Of a stretch of DNA of 64,000 bases, positions 35,337 to 49,094 are shown one piece after another. Position 1 is the stretch's first letter. Each line of letters starts with the position of its first letter. Origin of the DNA: Phoronis australis (lineage: Eukaryota; Animalia; Phoronida); NCBI GenBank assembly GCA_002633005.1, contig NMRA01000027.1, forward strand, positions 1,484,581 to 1,548,580, written 5' to 3'. The notes beneath the pieces are model-generated. The model was not told the DNA's origin. It did not search any database and was given only the letters and a program-made list of their open reading frames with translations. Made by a program: the position numbers and the translations under genes.

Positions 35337-36689
35337 CTAGTCGAATGTCTCACTACTGTGAATTCTTGTGTGACTTTTAAGATGATGATTCCGTTTAAAA
35401 GACTTTCCGCACATAATACATTTGTATGGCCTCTCGCCAGTGTGTGTCCTCATGTGTCTCCCGAGTTCACCGTTCTGCTTAAACGACTTTCCACATACAG
35501 CACACGTGTACGGTTTCTCACCAGTATGTACTCTTGTATGTCTCAAACGATTACTGCTCAATTTAAAGGATTTTCCACATGTTGCACACTTGTATGGCCT
35601 CTCACCAGTGTGTGTTCTTGTATGTGCAGTGAGACCACATTTGCTTAAAAAAGACTTCTCACACACAGTGCACTTGTATGGTCTCACACCAGTGTGTGTT
35701 CTCATGTGCTCATCAACCTGAACCTTCTCAGCAAAGGACTTCTCACACACATTACACTTGTAGGGTCTCTCACCAGTATGTGCTCTAGTATGCTTAGCAA
35801 GATTACTATAGTGTGAAAATAATTTCCCACACACAGTGCAGTTGTAGGGTTTCTCACCAGTATGCGTTCTTATGTGAATAGCAAGAGAACGTTTCTCCGA
35901 AAATGACTTGCCACATACAGTACACAAGTAGGGCTTCTCGCCAGTGTGCGTTCTTGTGTGCGAAACAAGAGCATGCCTCAGTGTAAATGATTTCCCACAC
36001 ACGGAACAAATGTATGGTTTCTCACCAGTGTGTGACCTCATGTGTACAGCAAGTTTGTCCGTCACTGGAAATGATTTACCACAAACAGTGCAAACATACG
36101 GTTTCTCACCTGTGTGAGTTCTTACATGGCGTACAAGAACACTCCTGTGGGAAAAGGTCATTCCACAAACAGTACACGTGTAAGGCCTCTCACCCGTGTG
36201 CGTTCTTGTGTGTGTGGCCAGGTTAAATTTCATTGAAAATGACATGCCGCACACAACACACTTGAATGGTTTCTCACCAGTGTGCACTCTTGTGTGCGCA
36301 ACGAGAACTGAATTCTTCAAAAATGATTTCCCACACACAGTACACTTGTATGGCCCCTCAGCAGAGTGCGAACTTGTGCGAGAAGCATTCACGCTGTCAT
36401 CAGCACACTCCAGTTTGAACTCGGAAGGTAAAAATAAATTTTTGGGCCAGAGACACTCGATAAGATCACTGTTAAGCTCATCTTCAATCGTCTCCTGTTT
36501 GACATAACATCTCTCTCCACTCCGGTCACCACCATTGCTACCTTGGGCAACATTGAATTCAGAATTATAATTTCCATTCATGCTGTCCACACCACGTTCC
36601 TTCGACTTAGTCGAATCTAAATCCTCATCACCTCTATTAGCAAGAATGTCTTCCTTCAATGCTGACCCTGCACAGTTGTTTTCAGCCAT
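35337..36689 (-). CDS. Tandem C2H2 zinc-finger protein, 12 fingers, 450 aa
   Basis: Intact ORF, 12 fingers colinear with the 24827-26197 paralog. Start gtcATGg (MAENN) at 36689; acceptor cctcAG at 36730-31. Confidence 0.92.
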   Translation of the reverse strand: MAENNCAGSALKEDILANRGDEDLDSTKSKERGVDSMNGNYNSEFNVAQGSNGGDRSGERCYVKQETIEDELNSDLIECLWPKNLFLPSEFKLECADDSVNASRTSSHSAEGPYKCTVCGKSFLKNSVLVAHTRVHTGEKPFKCVVCGMSFSMKFNLATHTRTHTGERPYTCTVCGMTFSHRSVLVRHVRTHTGEKPYVCTVCGKSFPVTDKLAVHMRSHTGEKPYICSVCGKSFTLRHALVSHTRTHTGEKPYLCTVCGKSFSEKRSLAIHIRTHTGEKPYNCTVCGKLFSHYSNLAKHTRAHTGERPYKCNVCEKSFAEKVQVDEHMRTHTGVRPYKCTVCEKSFLSKCGLTAHTRTHTGERPYKCATCGKSFKLSSNRLRHTRVHTGEKPYTCAVCGKSFKQNGELGRHMRTHTGERPYKCIMCGKSFKRNHHLKSHTRIHSSETFD

Positions 36690-37319
36690 GACGATACCTA
36701 AAAGTACAGGTGGAGACTTCAATTGCAAACTGAGGAACTAAACTTTAAAAAGAGAAAATCAAGCATTTTTGATGTCATCCTTAATACACTATTTCTGAGT
36801 GGCGTGCCCGACGTTTTTGCATAATGACTTTTCCCTTGTATACATTTAAATAGCCAATAGTCATCAGCACTGAGAACGAATCTGCAAAGATCTTTTCATG
36901 ACTGTTGAAACCAACCCATAACCCATTCAAATGACCTGGAGCGAAACCACAATACTCTCAATATTGTGACAGCTGCAGCCAAAATCAACCACAAGCATTG
37001 TTAATCTTTAAAGTTTTATAGTTTGATTTATTCAGGGCTCTCCCTTAGCACCAATCCATACTTGGTACAATTTGTGCATTGAGCTTACAGGGCCAATCTC
37101 CCTTTCGCTAATCAGAGAAAGTAATATGAGTTACACAATCGTTACACTTGTTTAGGATATCACATGCGACAGAAGCATAATAATAGATACCTATACAAAA
37201 AGCAGACAGAATCCAGGGCTTTCAAATATATCTCCAAATTTTAAACATGACCAACAAGTTTCCAAAGACTGCTCAAGATTTCCCAACATGGTCAATGATT
37301 AAGACCACTTACCATTGTT

Positions 37320-37460
37320 AGAGTGATTTGGCTAATACTGAGATACCAAAAAACAAGACTTAAAAATACTAAAAATGGCCACTAGGTGGCGTACACTATG
37401 TCAAATCCATTTGAAAACGGGAAGGTGTCTTCGCCTCTATTAGTAGTAGGTACCCCAAAT
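37320..37460 (-). mobile_element. HINE satellite fragment
   Basis: AAAATGGCCACTAGGTGGCGTACACTATGTCAAATCC matches a HINE subunit. Confidence 0.6.
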
Positions 37461-38474
37461 GGCTACTAATCGCTTGGAAATGGCTAGTTGACTAGACAAA
37501 ACAAAGACTTTCAAATTGTTCCTATGAGTTTGTTTTACTTCATTTACCGCTAAAATAGCCAAAAAGACCTAATCCATAATCTTTTTAACTAAGTATATAA
37601 AGACAAAAATATTGGCACATTAATGTAAAGCTCTGTGTTTACACATATTGAGTACAAACATGCAGCTGAGTTCTTCAGACATCGATACACACAGTTTTCA
37701 AACTATATTTTCCTGCGTCCGTGGGCCGTGTTTATGAGTATACGTCTGTCACGCGATCGAGTAAGGTCCATCGATTTTTCGCCTCGTTGGGCCATGACCC
37801 ATTGCACGTTAAACAGACGACACGTCAATTAAAACAAGGCATTCCTTTCATGCAGTAACCCAGACCGACGGTTAAATAGTCCTGTATAGGCCTATGCTGA
37901 GTGTGAAGTAAAAAGACGAACTTTGGCATATGGGTCAGCAGGTTCAGAACTGCTATAGGGGACCATTATCTCTTATATGATTTTGTATACCTTACCCTAT
38001 TGTGCCTGCATTGACTTTCATAATAAAGGGCTATTGTGGAGATGTTTAAACTGTAGGCTTGGGTAACAATAGGCATTCCTCTGCCTGTTACTAAAGACCA
38101 AGCTACACCACAAGGGAAAGCACTACTTTCAGCCTTTAGCTGGCCAAGCTTAGATATCTATGTCCATTTCAGTTGGCAGTGTTTTCGAAGAACTTCGGCC
38201 CAAGTATAAATATTACACTTCATTTCTCTCTGATAGCATGAAGCGCGCATACCCCGAGTAAGAGATGATGGCTGTTGGAAGTTTAAACATTTGAAATGTT
38301 CGTTGTAAAAGGATGTTTTACGAATACCATAATCATAGCTAGGGCCATGAAAACAGAACAGTATTTTTAAAGTCATAAGTTTTTTACTATTCAAAGGCCA
38401 CCTATTCTGATAGTGTTTTTGAATTCCAAGTTCGTACGCCACATGATGCATCGTCTGAGCAGTCTCAAAACTCC

Positions 38475-39823
38475 TGAGAAATAACCCAAGGCGGTTGAAA
38501 CCCGGTCTCCGAAACGGGTGAAATCGGAAGCTAAGATTCATAAAATTTACGCTCTGTGACGTATATGTAATCTATGAAAGACTTTCAACAAAACTGTGGT
38601 GCATTGCTATCAAACTTTGCAGCTAAATTACGACCATTTTACAGAAAATTGTGCTGAAATTCCAGGGCGAAAACTCGCCGACTGACTGCCTCGAAATCGC
38701 CGTCTTCGATATGGCGATTTCAATGCTTGAATAAAAATGGTTTTGACTCAAGCAAATTACCTGAAATCCTCATTAAGTTTTATAAGTAGCATCTCTAAGA
38801 TTTTTAAGTTCCCGTGGAGTCTGGATTAACGGCAGGTTTAAGTACAAATCTGTGCATCTACATGTATGATCGGCAACACGGCGAGAAAAATGTCTGGACG
38901 AACAAACATGTTGTTGTCACGTGACGTTTGTTTTGAAGTTCGTCTGCGAATAAGCGAGCGCGTGCGTGTCACCTGAGTTCATTTGCCAAAGCAGAGACCG
39001 TCTTTTGGCCAGAGGCACGCAATCTAACTAGCTAGATGTGTCTAAAGAAATTTGCACAGGCAGTAGGCCTAAACCAGAGCGTGTTTCATTCAGCACTTGC
39101 CGGTCTCGTGCTAAAAACTTTCGACATTTGTCTAGGTAAGGCCCATATTAGTCGCCGTGTAGCTGGATGCGTACGTAACTATCTGACACTATATGATAGT
39201 TATTTTTCGGTGTAAGGGTGTGTAAGCATTCACTGTCAGTTGTCACTTTATCGGATGTTCGGCTTAAAAACACCAGTTATGGTTAATCAAACAATACATC
39301 TCAAAAATAACGCAAACATGTTTTATAGTATTAGAAATTGTCGGAAATTAGTGCCAATATTCATTTCTTATCGATGCTATGCTACCCGTTTCATGAATGG
39401 AAAATTCCCGACTAATGTCAGGTTCATGTATGTAGCGCGCGCGCTTCCTGGCCACGTGCGTTTAACACCGAGTTATTTTTATTCATGAGACAGTCGATGT
39501 GTCTACCGAAAGGTCAAACCATAGAGTGGGACACGGTCGTCGCGAGAGAGTAGCAACGCTGTTGCGTTCTTTTTGAAGCGCTGCGTTACTTTGAAGTGTA
39601 AAGTCACGGCTAAATACAAACGTAGCAGTGCCGCTGGTGGTCTAGAAGACCCGTGCAAAACTTTTTTGATAAATTCAAGACGTTACTGTAACCGAGTTTT
39701 AAGACTGTAGGTACGTCATTGTTCCCGTGTACACGTTCATGGACTGGGCGCTTATTTAAGCAAAGTCTGAAAACGCGTGGGGGGCGCTTATAGGGGCATG
39801 GGCGGTTATTACAGCGAATACGG
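38475..39823. mobile_element. Inverted, partial relative of the 9591-12867 Tc1/pogo-like element
   Basis: Ends GCGAATACGG|TA. 39240-39420 is the reverse complement of 10066-10235, and 38475-38630 of about 12660-12810. Confidence 0.7.
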
Positions 39824-40387
39824 TAATCGATTTTGATCAATAATTTTCAATATAGCACAAAAATTTTTAACGCATGCATAAATAGTTGTATCTGAAACTT
39901 CTATTCTGGTGTCTGCCCAAGGCCTAGTTAATGCTTACGTAATACTGCACAAGCGATTTGTGTGGTTGGCTGGCTCACTATAGGGCTATTGTTAGGACGG
40001 CTTTGTCATGAGCGACAGCGAGCAACTGTGATAGCGAAGCGGTCGCTCGCTGAGAGGGCTGACCCAACATTTCGAACGGTAGCCGGCCTGACACTTTTTA
40101 AAGGGTAACTTTCTTCACTTGAAGACAGTGAATGAATACTCCCCTTTTACAAAATTGTGGGCCCTGCGGTACGACAACCCCTCGGCCGGATTTTGGTGCC
40201 CCGTGCCTGAAACTGAAAGCTGCTAGCTGAGGCCCAGCATGTGCCTCAGTTACATCAAAGATACACTGTACTCGATCTCTATATACCTTTGCAGCCAATA
40301 AATAATAACGCACAAGTGCAAGTACTGTATATGAGAAAAGCTGCTTGCAAATGATCAGAAAAACATACTGACATGTCATAAGTAATT

Positions 40388-43300
40388 TAGTCGGTGGGCC
40401 AGAATTTGTAGGGCCTCTAGAAAATGGTTTTTGTGAGTACTTTAGGGGGGCAATTTTATTTTGGTGTTTTTTAATTCATTTATTAGAGTATTTTCAAAAT
40501 CTAAAAAGTTCCCACATATAAAGTTGCACATTTTTGAGAAATTTGAGTTTGAAGTTACCTAATAATCACCAAAGAGCTTAGTAAACTTATATTTGTAAAA
40601 ACAACAGTTTTGGTGACTTTTTTGTAAAACAAGTAATATGGTCCCATCAGTGCCATTGTATTGAACAATATTACACTCACATTACATGTTTTACTATTGT
40701 AAATTAATTGTAAACAGTGAAATTTAAAAAACGTAAAGAGACACCTAGTGGCAAAAATGCAAACTAAGTCTGAATGTTACTAGGAAGTTATTCTGGCATT
40801 GTCAGGCAACAAAAATAACACAAAACACTTGAGACTGGGCAAAATTTGTGCCTCAATGACTAAAACATTGACTAATGGTGTAAAATACAGCTTGTTTGCA
40901 TAATACACCAGAAATATGTTATAGTACAAAAACAATATAGTTGAATGATCTCTGTGAATGTGCACACAGACTGTATGAAAATAATAGATTATTTTGACAG
41001 CGTTTATTAAGCAGTATGAGACAAATACATGACAATGATCAAAGTATGTACTTTCTATGACTTAATCAACAAATAAAATTAACTTTTTAATACAAAAAAC
41101 GAAATAACAGGGTTAGAGGTCTATTTAGGCTTGACTTGTCAAAGAACTATCCAATGTTATGCAGTCAGTGTTGCTGATGTTACTACAGTTGTCACAGCTG
41201 CACATTTCTGTACAGTTTGACCCAGCATTGCAGCACAAACTCAGTTTCCCAGCACACATGTTCTTTTTGCACTTGCAGCGTTCATCGTTTAGTACTGTCA
41301 ATGGAGATGCGGGCATTGCCATACATTTTAACTGCAAAGCTCCACTGCCAAGGAGCCAACTATGGTCGATTAGAGAGGGTACAGCACTGCACACTGGTGA
41401 CTGGCCCGCAGGCAATGAAGGGTCAAACACTAAGTCCTTGTTTGGAGGCGGGTAGAATTTGGGCAAACGTTTGATTCAAAATCTGTTATAATGGGCTGTG
41501 TTAATTAGAGTCAGCAAGTGAATTATTGAACACTAGCCTCAATTCACTTTCGTATATCTTAGTCGGGCACAAACTACAATAGTGAGTAGCTTCAGCAATA
41601 TTTCTTAAGATTGCCTGTCCAAATAACTTCATGCACACCAGCTTTCTGAAGAACAGCTTCAAAGTCTTGCTTTAGTTTGGAAAGGCAAATGACATCTTCA
41701 TGTGTTAGAAGCTTTGATTCAATGAACTCCAAACAAAACTGTAGAAAAACATCTATGAAAACTGCGGATTCGTCACTCTTCACAGTCGTTGTCTTTCTAT
41801 TTTTTATAGCATGATGATCTGTGGTACTTGGCTTCTAAGACGGCAAGGTCTTTATCTTTGAATTTCATTTGCGTATTCAGGGCTCTGGACTGAGCTTTTG
41901 CTTGCAATACAAGTCCAACTGAAAAAAACCCGAACTGTTAACACTAATTTAACATTCAACTATGAGTGAGTTGGCATGCAACTTTTTCAGATAGACTTAT
42001 CAGGAACTGATCCACCACCAGCCTAACAAATTTACATGGCATCTGATCTGTCGCCTAAAAATGTTGATCGTCTAAAAATTAGATTAGTTGATGCAACTAA
42101 AAATAAATCAGCTGATATACCAGTGCAGTGATTGAAATTTAATTTTTTAAATCAGATGCTCAATCGATTTACACTTAAGGTAATCGACCTTTGACGAAAC
42201 GGAGAGTGGCTTCCATTGTTCTAAAATTACGACGGCGACGATGGCCGCTTATGCACTTTAATTTAATTATCATTGCAGCTACCTAAGTAATTAATGTTTA
42301 CAAGAAATTGAGAAGAGGTTCCCCCTATCCCAGGACTATGGCAGGGGATGACGGCCACTTGGGCATGTGGTTTGCAACCATCTACTCTATTTAACCTTCT
42401 CAAAAATGTTTGACTTAAAGTGCTTTAAAATCACACTCACAGTATAACGCCGTATGAATATCCCTGAGCGCAAGCAGTGTCGATGTGGCAACTGAGCAAT
42501 GGCATGTTCGAAAAACAGGAGTATTTGTTTAAACTGGGAACAAATGAAAACATTAACGACTTCCTCAGAGGCATCTCTCTATGTGGTACTTCTAAATTTA
42601 TAGGAACATAATTTGCCGAAAAGCATCCGGCATATGGAGTACCTATGGTATGACCACCGTCTCTACTGGGTCAGCAGTATTGTCTAAGGCCTAGGCAGCC
42701 AATGGGCTGAACAAGTTAAAAAAACAACTGGTGATAATACTGAAACAAACATGGAAAATACCAAGATGTACCTTTCAAAAACACGTACCTGTTTTTGAAA
42801 GCTATACTTCTTTCTCATTCTTGAAATATGGTCCACAATATACTTTTCCTGCTAACAAATGATGCACTCATGTTTCAGAATGTTCCTATCTTGTTCAGGT
42901 TAATTGGGTGTTTCAGATTTTGGAAGTACTATTGATTTTCTTGGGAAATCTTGGATAACATCTGTATCACTTTCAGCAACTTCAGCTTTAGTACTTCTGC
43001 TGGTGCCTTGAAACGTCGGTATGCCGTTCTATGTCCTTTCAATTTTTTGGTCTGACACTTGGGTCTTCTAGTCTACAGCACTAAGGAGTATAGGGCTAGG
43101 GCGCTAGGCCTACTGTGTAGGCTATACCAGGACATCCAGCTGTTTTCTGCACAAACGTTTGTGACACATCTTCTTCTTTTTGATCTGGTGACCTACATAG
43201 TTCCACAGTCCATCAGCTTTCGTCAGGAAGCTTTCCTAAGCTTCTGTAGGCTCTGACATCACAATTTTGTGCTGTTTGATAAACCTTGAATACAACAGGC

Positions 43301-43577
43301 ATCACACTCCATGGGAGCAGCCATATTGAAGTAACTAAGCACAACAATACAATCTGGCTCTCTGATTGGTCAATTCAATAGAAAAGCGCCACCAAGTGGC
43401 AGGAATGTGCATCATATTTTGTGCAACAAAAACAGCTTTTTTAAAAAAAATGTGCAAGTGTAGACGTGGGAACTTTTTGGAATTTGATTTATAGGTATAT
43501 TATCTAGCCACATAGAAAAAACTAGGTTGCCCCCCGAAAGTACTCACAAGGATGAATGAGATCTGGCCCACCGACTA
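40388..43577 (-). mobile_element. Internally deleted Academ-like DNA transposon
   Basis: TIR TAGTCGGTGGGCCAGA, 3-bp TSD ATT, absent from the paralogous segment at about 32778. Relic ORFs include a Cys-rich tail CKCKKNMC..CC..NCTEMCSCDNCSN (41125-41466) and 41592-41783. Confidence 0.75.
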
Positions 43578-44702
43578 ATTGGTCCATTTTTAACTTCTAA
43601 TTACTCAAATTTGACGTTAGTGGCATTGAAAAGTTTGGCATGATTGATCTCGTCTACAAGTAGTTGCTATCCTCTTCTGTCTACAGTGCAAGTTCTACAG
43701 AATTATAACTCTGGCCATACCTTGCGACAGCTTCAAAAAACGTCCGGTGGGGCTGCCTTGAGTGTTCTTGTTCCTTTCCAAAATAAAAATACCAAGAAGT
43801 TCGGGGAGCTGTCGGTCATTGAGACTCCGTGACGTCATTTAATTTCAAGTGGCGCCCTCTGTTCATTTGACGTGTTTGTGTCGGTGACTAGTCTATTCGA
43901 CAATTGAAAGTTGAGCCTCAAGGGTTATATGTTTTTTGGCAACCCACTTAATCATTTGTCAATTTACGTGTTCATTCAACACTTGGCACTTATTTATCCG
44001 GAGATAACTGTAAAGTTGTCTCTATTCTAGAAGGGTGCGCAAATGTGCGTTTTGATAGAGAAATTTACATCAGTACGGCGACGTGTCTATTTTGTTATTG
44101 TAAACTGAATGAGAAAAAAAATCACTTAACAAAAGGTGCTATAAAAACAAAGCATTCAAAAATGAATTATATACACTAATTAAACATTCTACTTGGTATT
44201 TTCAGTGGCGGATTTCAAGGGGGCCATGGAACCCACTTAAATTCTCCCAGGTTCCATTTGGCAGCCCGCTGATACGATCATCTGAGGGGCAAAATCCTGG
44301 CTAATACTCTATCCTGCCCCCCAACACAAAATTCTGGATCCGCCCCTGATTTTCAACAACTGTGCAACATTAACGAGATATCAATTAATTCTTCAATGGA
44401 AAAAAACTATGTACAACGAGTCTTTATAAGCAGACTGACACAGAGACCATGAAAATGCCTTATACCATACATGGAATTTGTACATAAAACTATAAACTAG
44501 CGACTTCAAACAAACAAAAGTGAAACAAGATAGCTATTCTACTAAACGTAAAACTAGTTAAGATACTATTGAAACAAAATGAAATAACTAGTAGCGTTCT
44601 AGTTACATTCGCATATTCCCACGTAATATTACGATTGATCAAGCCACTGTAGTAGCAAAATAAACAGGCAAAGGTAATTTGATTTCAAGCCGCTTGATCT
44701 CG

Positions 44703-44705
<3 letters not shown>

Positions 44706-44780
<75 letters not shown>
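44706..44780 (+). repeat. (TA)n microsatellite
   Basis: About 37 uninterrupted TA units. Confidence 0.97.
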
Positions 44781-44784
<4 letters not shown>

Positions 44785-47700
44785 GTTGTCATGTCTTGAA
44801 ATTTATACAAACTGAACCACTAGCTCCCCCTACCAACAACGCCGATCTGGAAATTCGTGTAGCTGTGACTCCTATTCAAACGTAAACATTTTTTAATCTG
44901 AATATGTTACTTTAAAAAATTGAACACTCAAATAAATTAAATAATGGAATTCTTACAGGGTAAATTCACGACTAACGACACGTTATGACAGACGAGTGAA
45001 CTTTTAATGATTTTCCAATTTCCCCACGTGTTTTTGATGGGAGACTTGCAGCATCAAATTAATGTTCTACCATGTTCAAGTTCTGTATAGCATTTTCGAC
45101 ATAGTTTTCCATTTCAATGCTATACCTTAAAAAGGTGGATTTTTTGTTCATAGTATTTTACCGTACAGCAAAGAGCGTCTCACTCGAGGCCAATTATATG
45201 TATACTAATAGTGATGTAGAACTTGCGCAAGTAGTGTTAAACCGCAATGAGAGATGTCACCAGAGTAAGGCTAGTGTATTCACTGAGGGGTCGAGTGTAC
45301 AAACTAGAGCAATCCGTTAACCGTGTAGTTTAGGTACCTTGATATAGGGCTATAGGCGGTGCTGCACTGTATACTGCCATATGTTACTCGACTTGGGGAT
45401 TCGCGTGAGCACAACGATTATTATCAACCGATTCAGTAGGCCTACGTAATTTCCCCGGGTAATGCATGGTTTCATCTAATTCTAAGCGTAATAGCGTAAT
45501 AACTATTCAGCTCATACAAGGAGCAAACTCATCATAAAAAAATTTTCAAGAAACGCCAATAAATTACCTAAGGCGAACTTTTCTTCTCCAAAGCACTACC
45601 GCGGGAACAGCTGACCATTTGGCTCGAGTTGCCAAATGGTCAAACTGCACGTTATCGGTTACATTCATTTGTTTTGATTTTAAATGACGATAATAAAAAA
45701 TAAAAGAAAAAATACGTACAGGCAGTAGAAGGACCTCATACTTTAAGAAAAATTCTAATTAAGTATCAGAGAGTATGTTTCAATGGTTTTTAGTATGCAT
45801 ATTCAGGGTGCTTTTAAAACGGATTATATATGACTTTGACGCAGTTTGTTTCTGAAATTAAATACCTCGTGATAAGTTCAGTACATCGTTTCTTGGAGGA
45901 AGAAATATGATACAACTTGAACTCATCAAAACGCTGCGGCGGATTTTTATTTATTGACAAGTTTTGAGTCGATGCGTGTTTACATTAAAAGGAAACAAAA
46001 CCCTGCGTGCCTTCATGATTTAAACCAACCATCGTTCTGTCACCTGCTGATGCAGCCATTGGTGTCAATCTTGAAACATCAGGCATGAGGTAAACTAAGA
46101 CTCATGCTCCTTATGTCGTAGATTGGATGTTATGGTGGATTTCCCCCACAGTTGCTCTGCAGTTCCCTAAACGCCTAGGTCACGCATGCCCGTTTAGCAG
46201 ACTTTCCTCCAAACCTTTGAGGGTTTTCGAGGGTTACAGACCATGGTTTTGTTTCAGACTATTGGATGGGAACGTCGTTTTTAAAATCTATTAATAACCA
46301 AAATCGGATTTGGTATCATTTTATTCAGTCAGCGCGGTAGAAGATTGGCGCTAGACGATATACGCAGCTGGATTATACTTGCGATGAAGCCGCCAGACAT
46401 GTGAATCGGTATCCATACCGTATCGCAGCACAAATCTTATTTTTATAAGTTGTCCTAAAGACCAGGCTTCTCTGGGGTGTTTTGAAATCTTCTGTCTCGG
46501 TATAAAGATTTAACCAGCCAGAATGCAGCGTGAGGAGCGATTACACTTTCCGAATGACAAACGTTCGCGACAACTGTAAGAACGAAGTGCTGGCATCGTT
46601 TTCAAGCTTTCTCTTGATCACGGCCAGAGGAAAGGGACCCGGGCCCCCTGAGCCACCCCCTGAATCCACCTATGCCCGAGAATAGCAGAACATTTGCCAC
46701 AATAGTGTAATCGGCCTTACTACATTCCACGCACTATAAAAACTCTTGACACTACATGTCCTTGACTGAACCTTCAAGGGAAACTCCTTACCGCGGGTAC
46801 TTTTTCAAGTCCACAATTAACTATGCATAGGAGGTACACTGCATACAATAGAGTCCACTCTCAACATGGATGGTACATGCTGGAGTCGATTCACAACATG
46901 GGAGCTAGTATACAGTCGAGTTCCCCCTCCCTAATCCCTCAATTTTCACTAAGGTACACTTGTAAAACGTCCCATAGTAAGCATGCTCTTCGGTCCCGTA
47001 GCAAGGGCGTTGCGAGGCCAGTGGCAAGGGCCGATTATCGGAACTCCAAGTACTATGTATCATACCCCCGTTTTCCATATTTGACTGGCGACTATGGTCA
47101 CCTCCTAAAATTTCTTTTGCGTCGTTCGGGTGGGCAGCTGTGATCAAACTCTGGTTTGGCTTCATTACTACCCTCCCCACCCTCCCCAAAACAGTGTTGG
47201 GAGAACGGTGCATTTTTTCGCCTTGAAAGCTTCACAACGAATTGTTCCGAGTCATAACGAATTGTTCGAGCAACGTTATGTACCATTCTAGCTGAGCCAC
47301 GGTTTGTGGTGCAATAACCAAAAGAATTATTTCAGTAAAGTGATCTACGCCCACATCGCAATAATGCCATTATGTGACTGATATCTAAAAAGCATACACT
47401 AATGACTTTAAGCGGATAAAACTATTCACTGATGTTAAAGTGCGCCTACTTGAACAAAAACAAATCCTTAAGAGAAAACATGTATTCTGCTTACCATTAT
47501 AACACAGTTTTCAACCTTAAATTACAAATCAGCAGACGAGCTGAGGTACATACAAAAATATGAACAGCAAAACTGCCTATGAAACAATACAGCAACATCA
47601 ATGACTAGTACGCAAGAAGAGCATTCAGAGGAGAGATGGTCAAGTCTGGCATGATTCCGGTATTTATTAATCAATGATGACACAGAAACAATTGTTGGCT

Positions 47701-49094
47701 GACATTCAAGTTGTAGCAGCAGGTGTTCCTTCATCAGTGTCATAACTGTGACCGATCATTTTGCCAATGTATGAACAGTGACCACATCCCACAGTTAACT
47801 CTTGTACTGGATTTGAGAAAATTTTCCTTGACATTCAACATTCAACACATTTTTAATGACTTCCATAAGAAATGTGAGCTGGAGGCAGGCTTGCTCTAAT
47901 AAAAATATGTATACATATATAATGCAAGTTGAACACTTTCAGTCTCACAGTATTTGAGAAACATTTGTCAATTTTCTTCTAGTTTATCTCAGCACTAATG
48001 TTACATAAGTATATAAAACCCCCACAAACTATTTTCTGGTGTTATCAACATCAATTTTCCTCACAGACCTGTTTGCTGGTCTAAAGCAATGCTATGGCAT
48101 TCTTATCCATTTCTGAATCAAAATTGGTCACCATAACTCCTTGGAATTACCCTGACGACCATTCTTCCTTGGTTACTGACACGCCAACTACAACACCAAT
48201 AAAGTTAATGGACCTGGCAACAAAATAAGATCTTATGACAGCAAGTGGCCTACATCAAACATTGGTTTTGGTTAGAGTTCAGTTTAGTGCTGTGGTGGTA
48301 AATTTAGAGGTATGTATATGTGCAAAGCCCAGGGTATCATCTTGTGTGTCTTGTGAATGTAGACAGCTTTTTGATTTTTGACTTTATAAATGTCTTTCAT
48401 TGGGTAAATAAATTAATTGCAAAACAATGGTATCAATAAAGTGACCAAATTTCATTTAAAATGTTCAAGATGAAGTCTCAAAAAGGCGTTGCAGTTTTCT
48501 AAATTGTTTCATTTTCATTTGCTTCATGAAAATCATAAAACTTCTATTTTTATGATAGCCCCTCAGGCAACAGTGGAGCATTTTACATAACAATTGCTAA
48601 CAGCGCGTTTGAGAATAGTGCATGAAACATAATATCAGACAGTTACAAATGAATTCAATTGGCCATTTCTGACAGACAGGCTCCTGCATAACTTCAATGC
48701 TCTTTACAGTAGTTTCTATTCTATACGTTTTATCCACAACTTGTAACCGTTTAAATTACCACTCTCTCTCTAAGTACCCCAGAAAATGCAATTTTAATTC
48801 GTTATTTACACTAAGTTGAAATGTGAGGAATTCTGTACGACTGAGACACCAACCAGAGACAGATACCCAGACAATTAAGGTGCTCAATGCACAACCCTAA
48901 CATTCAAACAAGAGTAACACTGTGGCTAATAACGCAAGACAGAAATAATATGTAAGCCGAACATAAACACCACTTTACTTGGCACTGCCATTTCTGGGAG
49001 TATTTTCACAGAAAAGATGCTAATGTAGAAGAGCTTGTTATTTCAAACCTACACTCCTAATAAATTAAAAACCAGAGAAACAGTTCCAGAGTAA

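Noticed and set aside
24818-36507. Plus-strand ORFs overlapping the ZNF genes ([10 protein letters not shown].. type; also 1036-1380)
   Set aside because: Typical antisense shadows of repetitive C2H2 codons.
44679-44885. IYIYIY ORF
   Set aside because: Translation of the (TA)n microsatellite.
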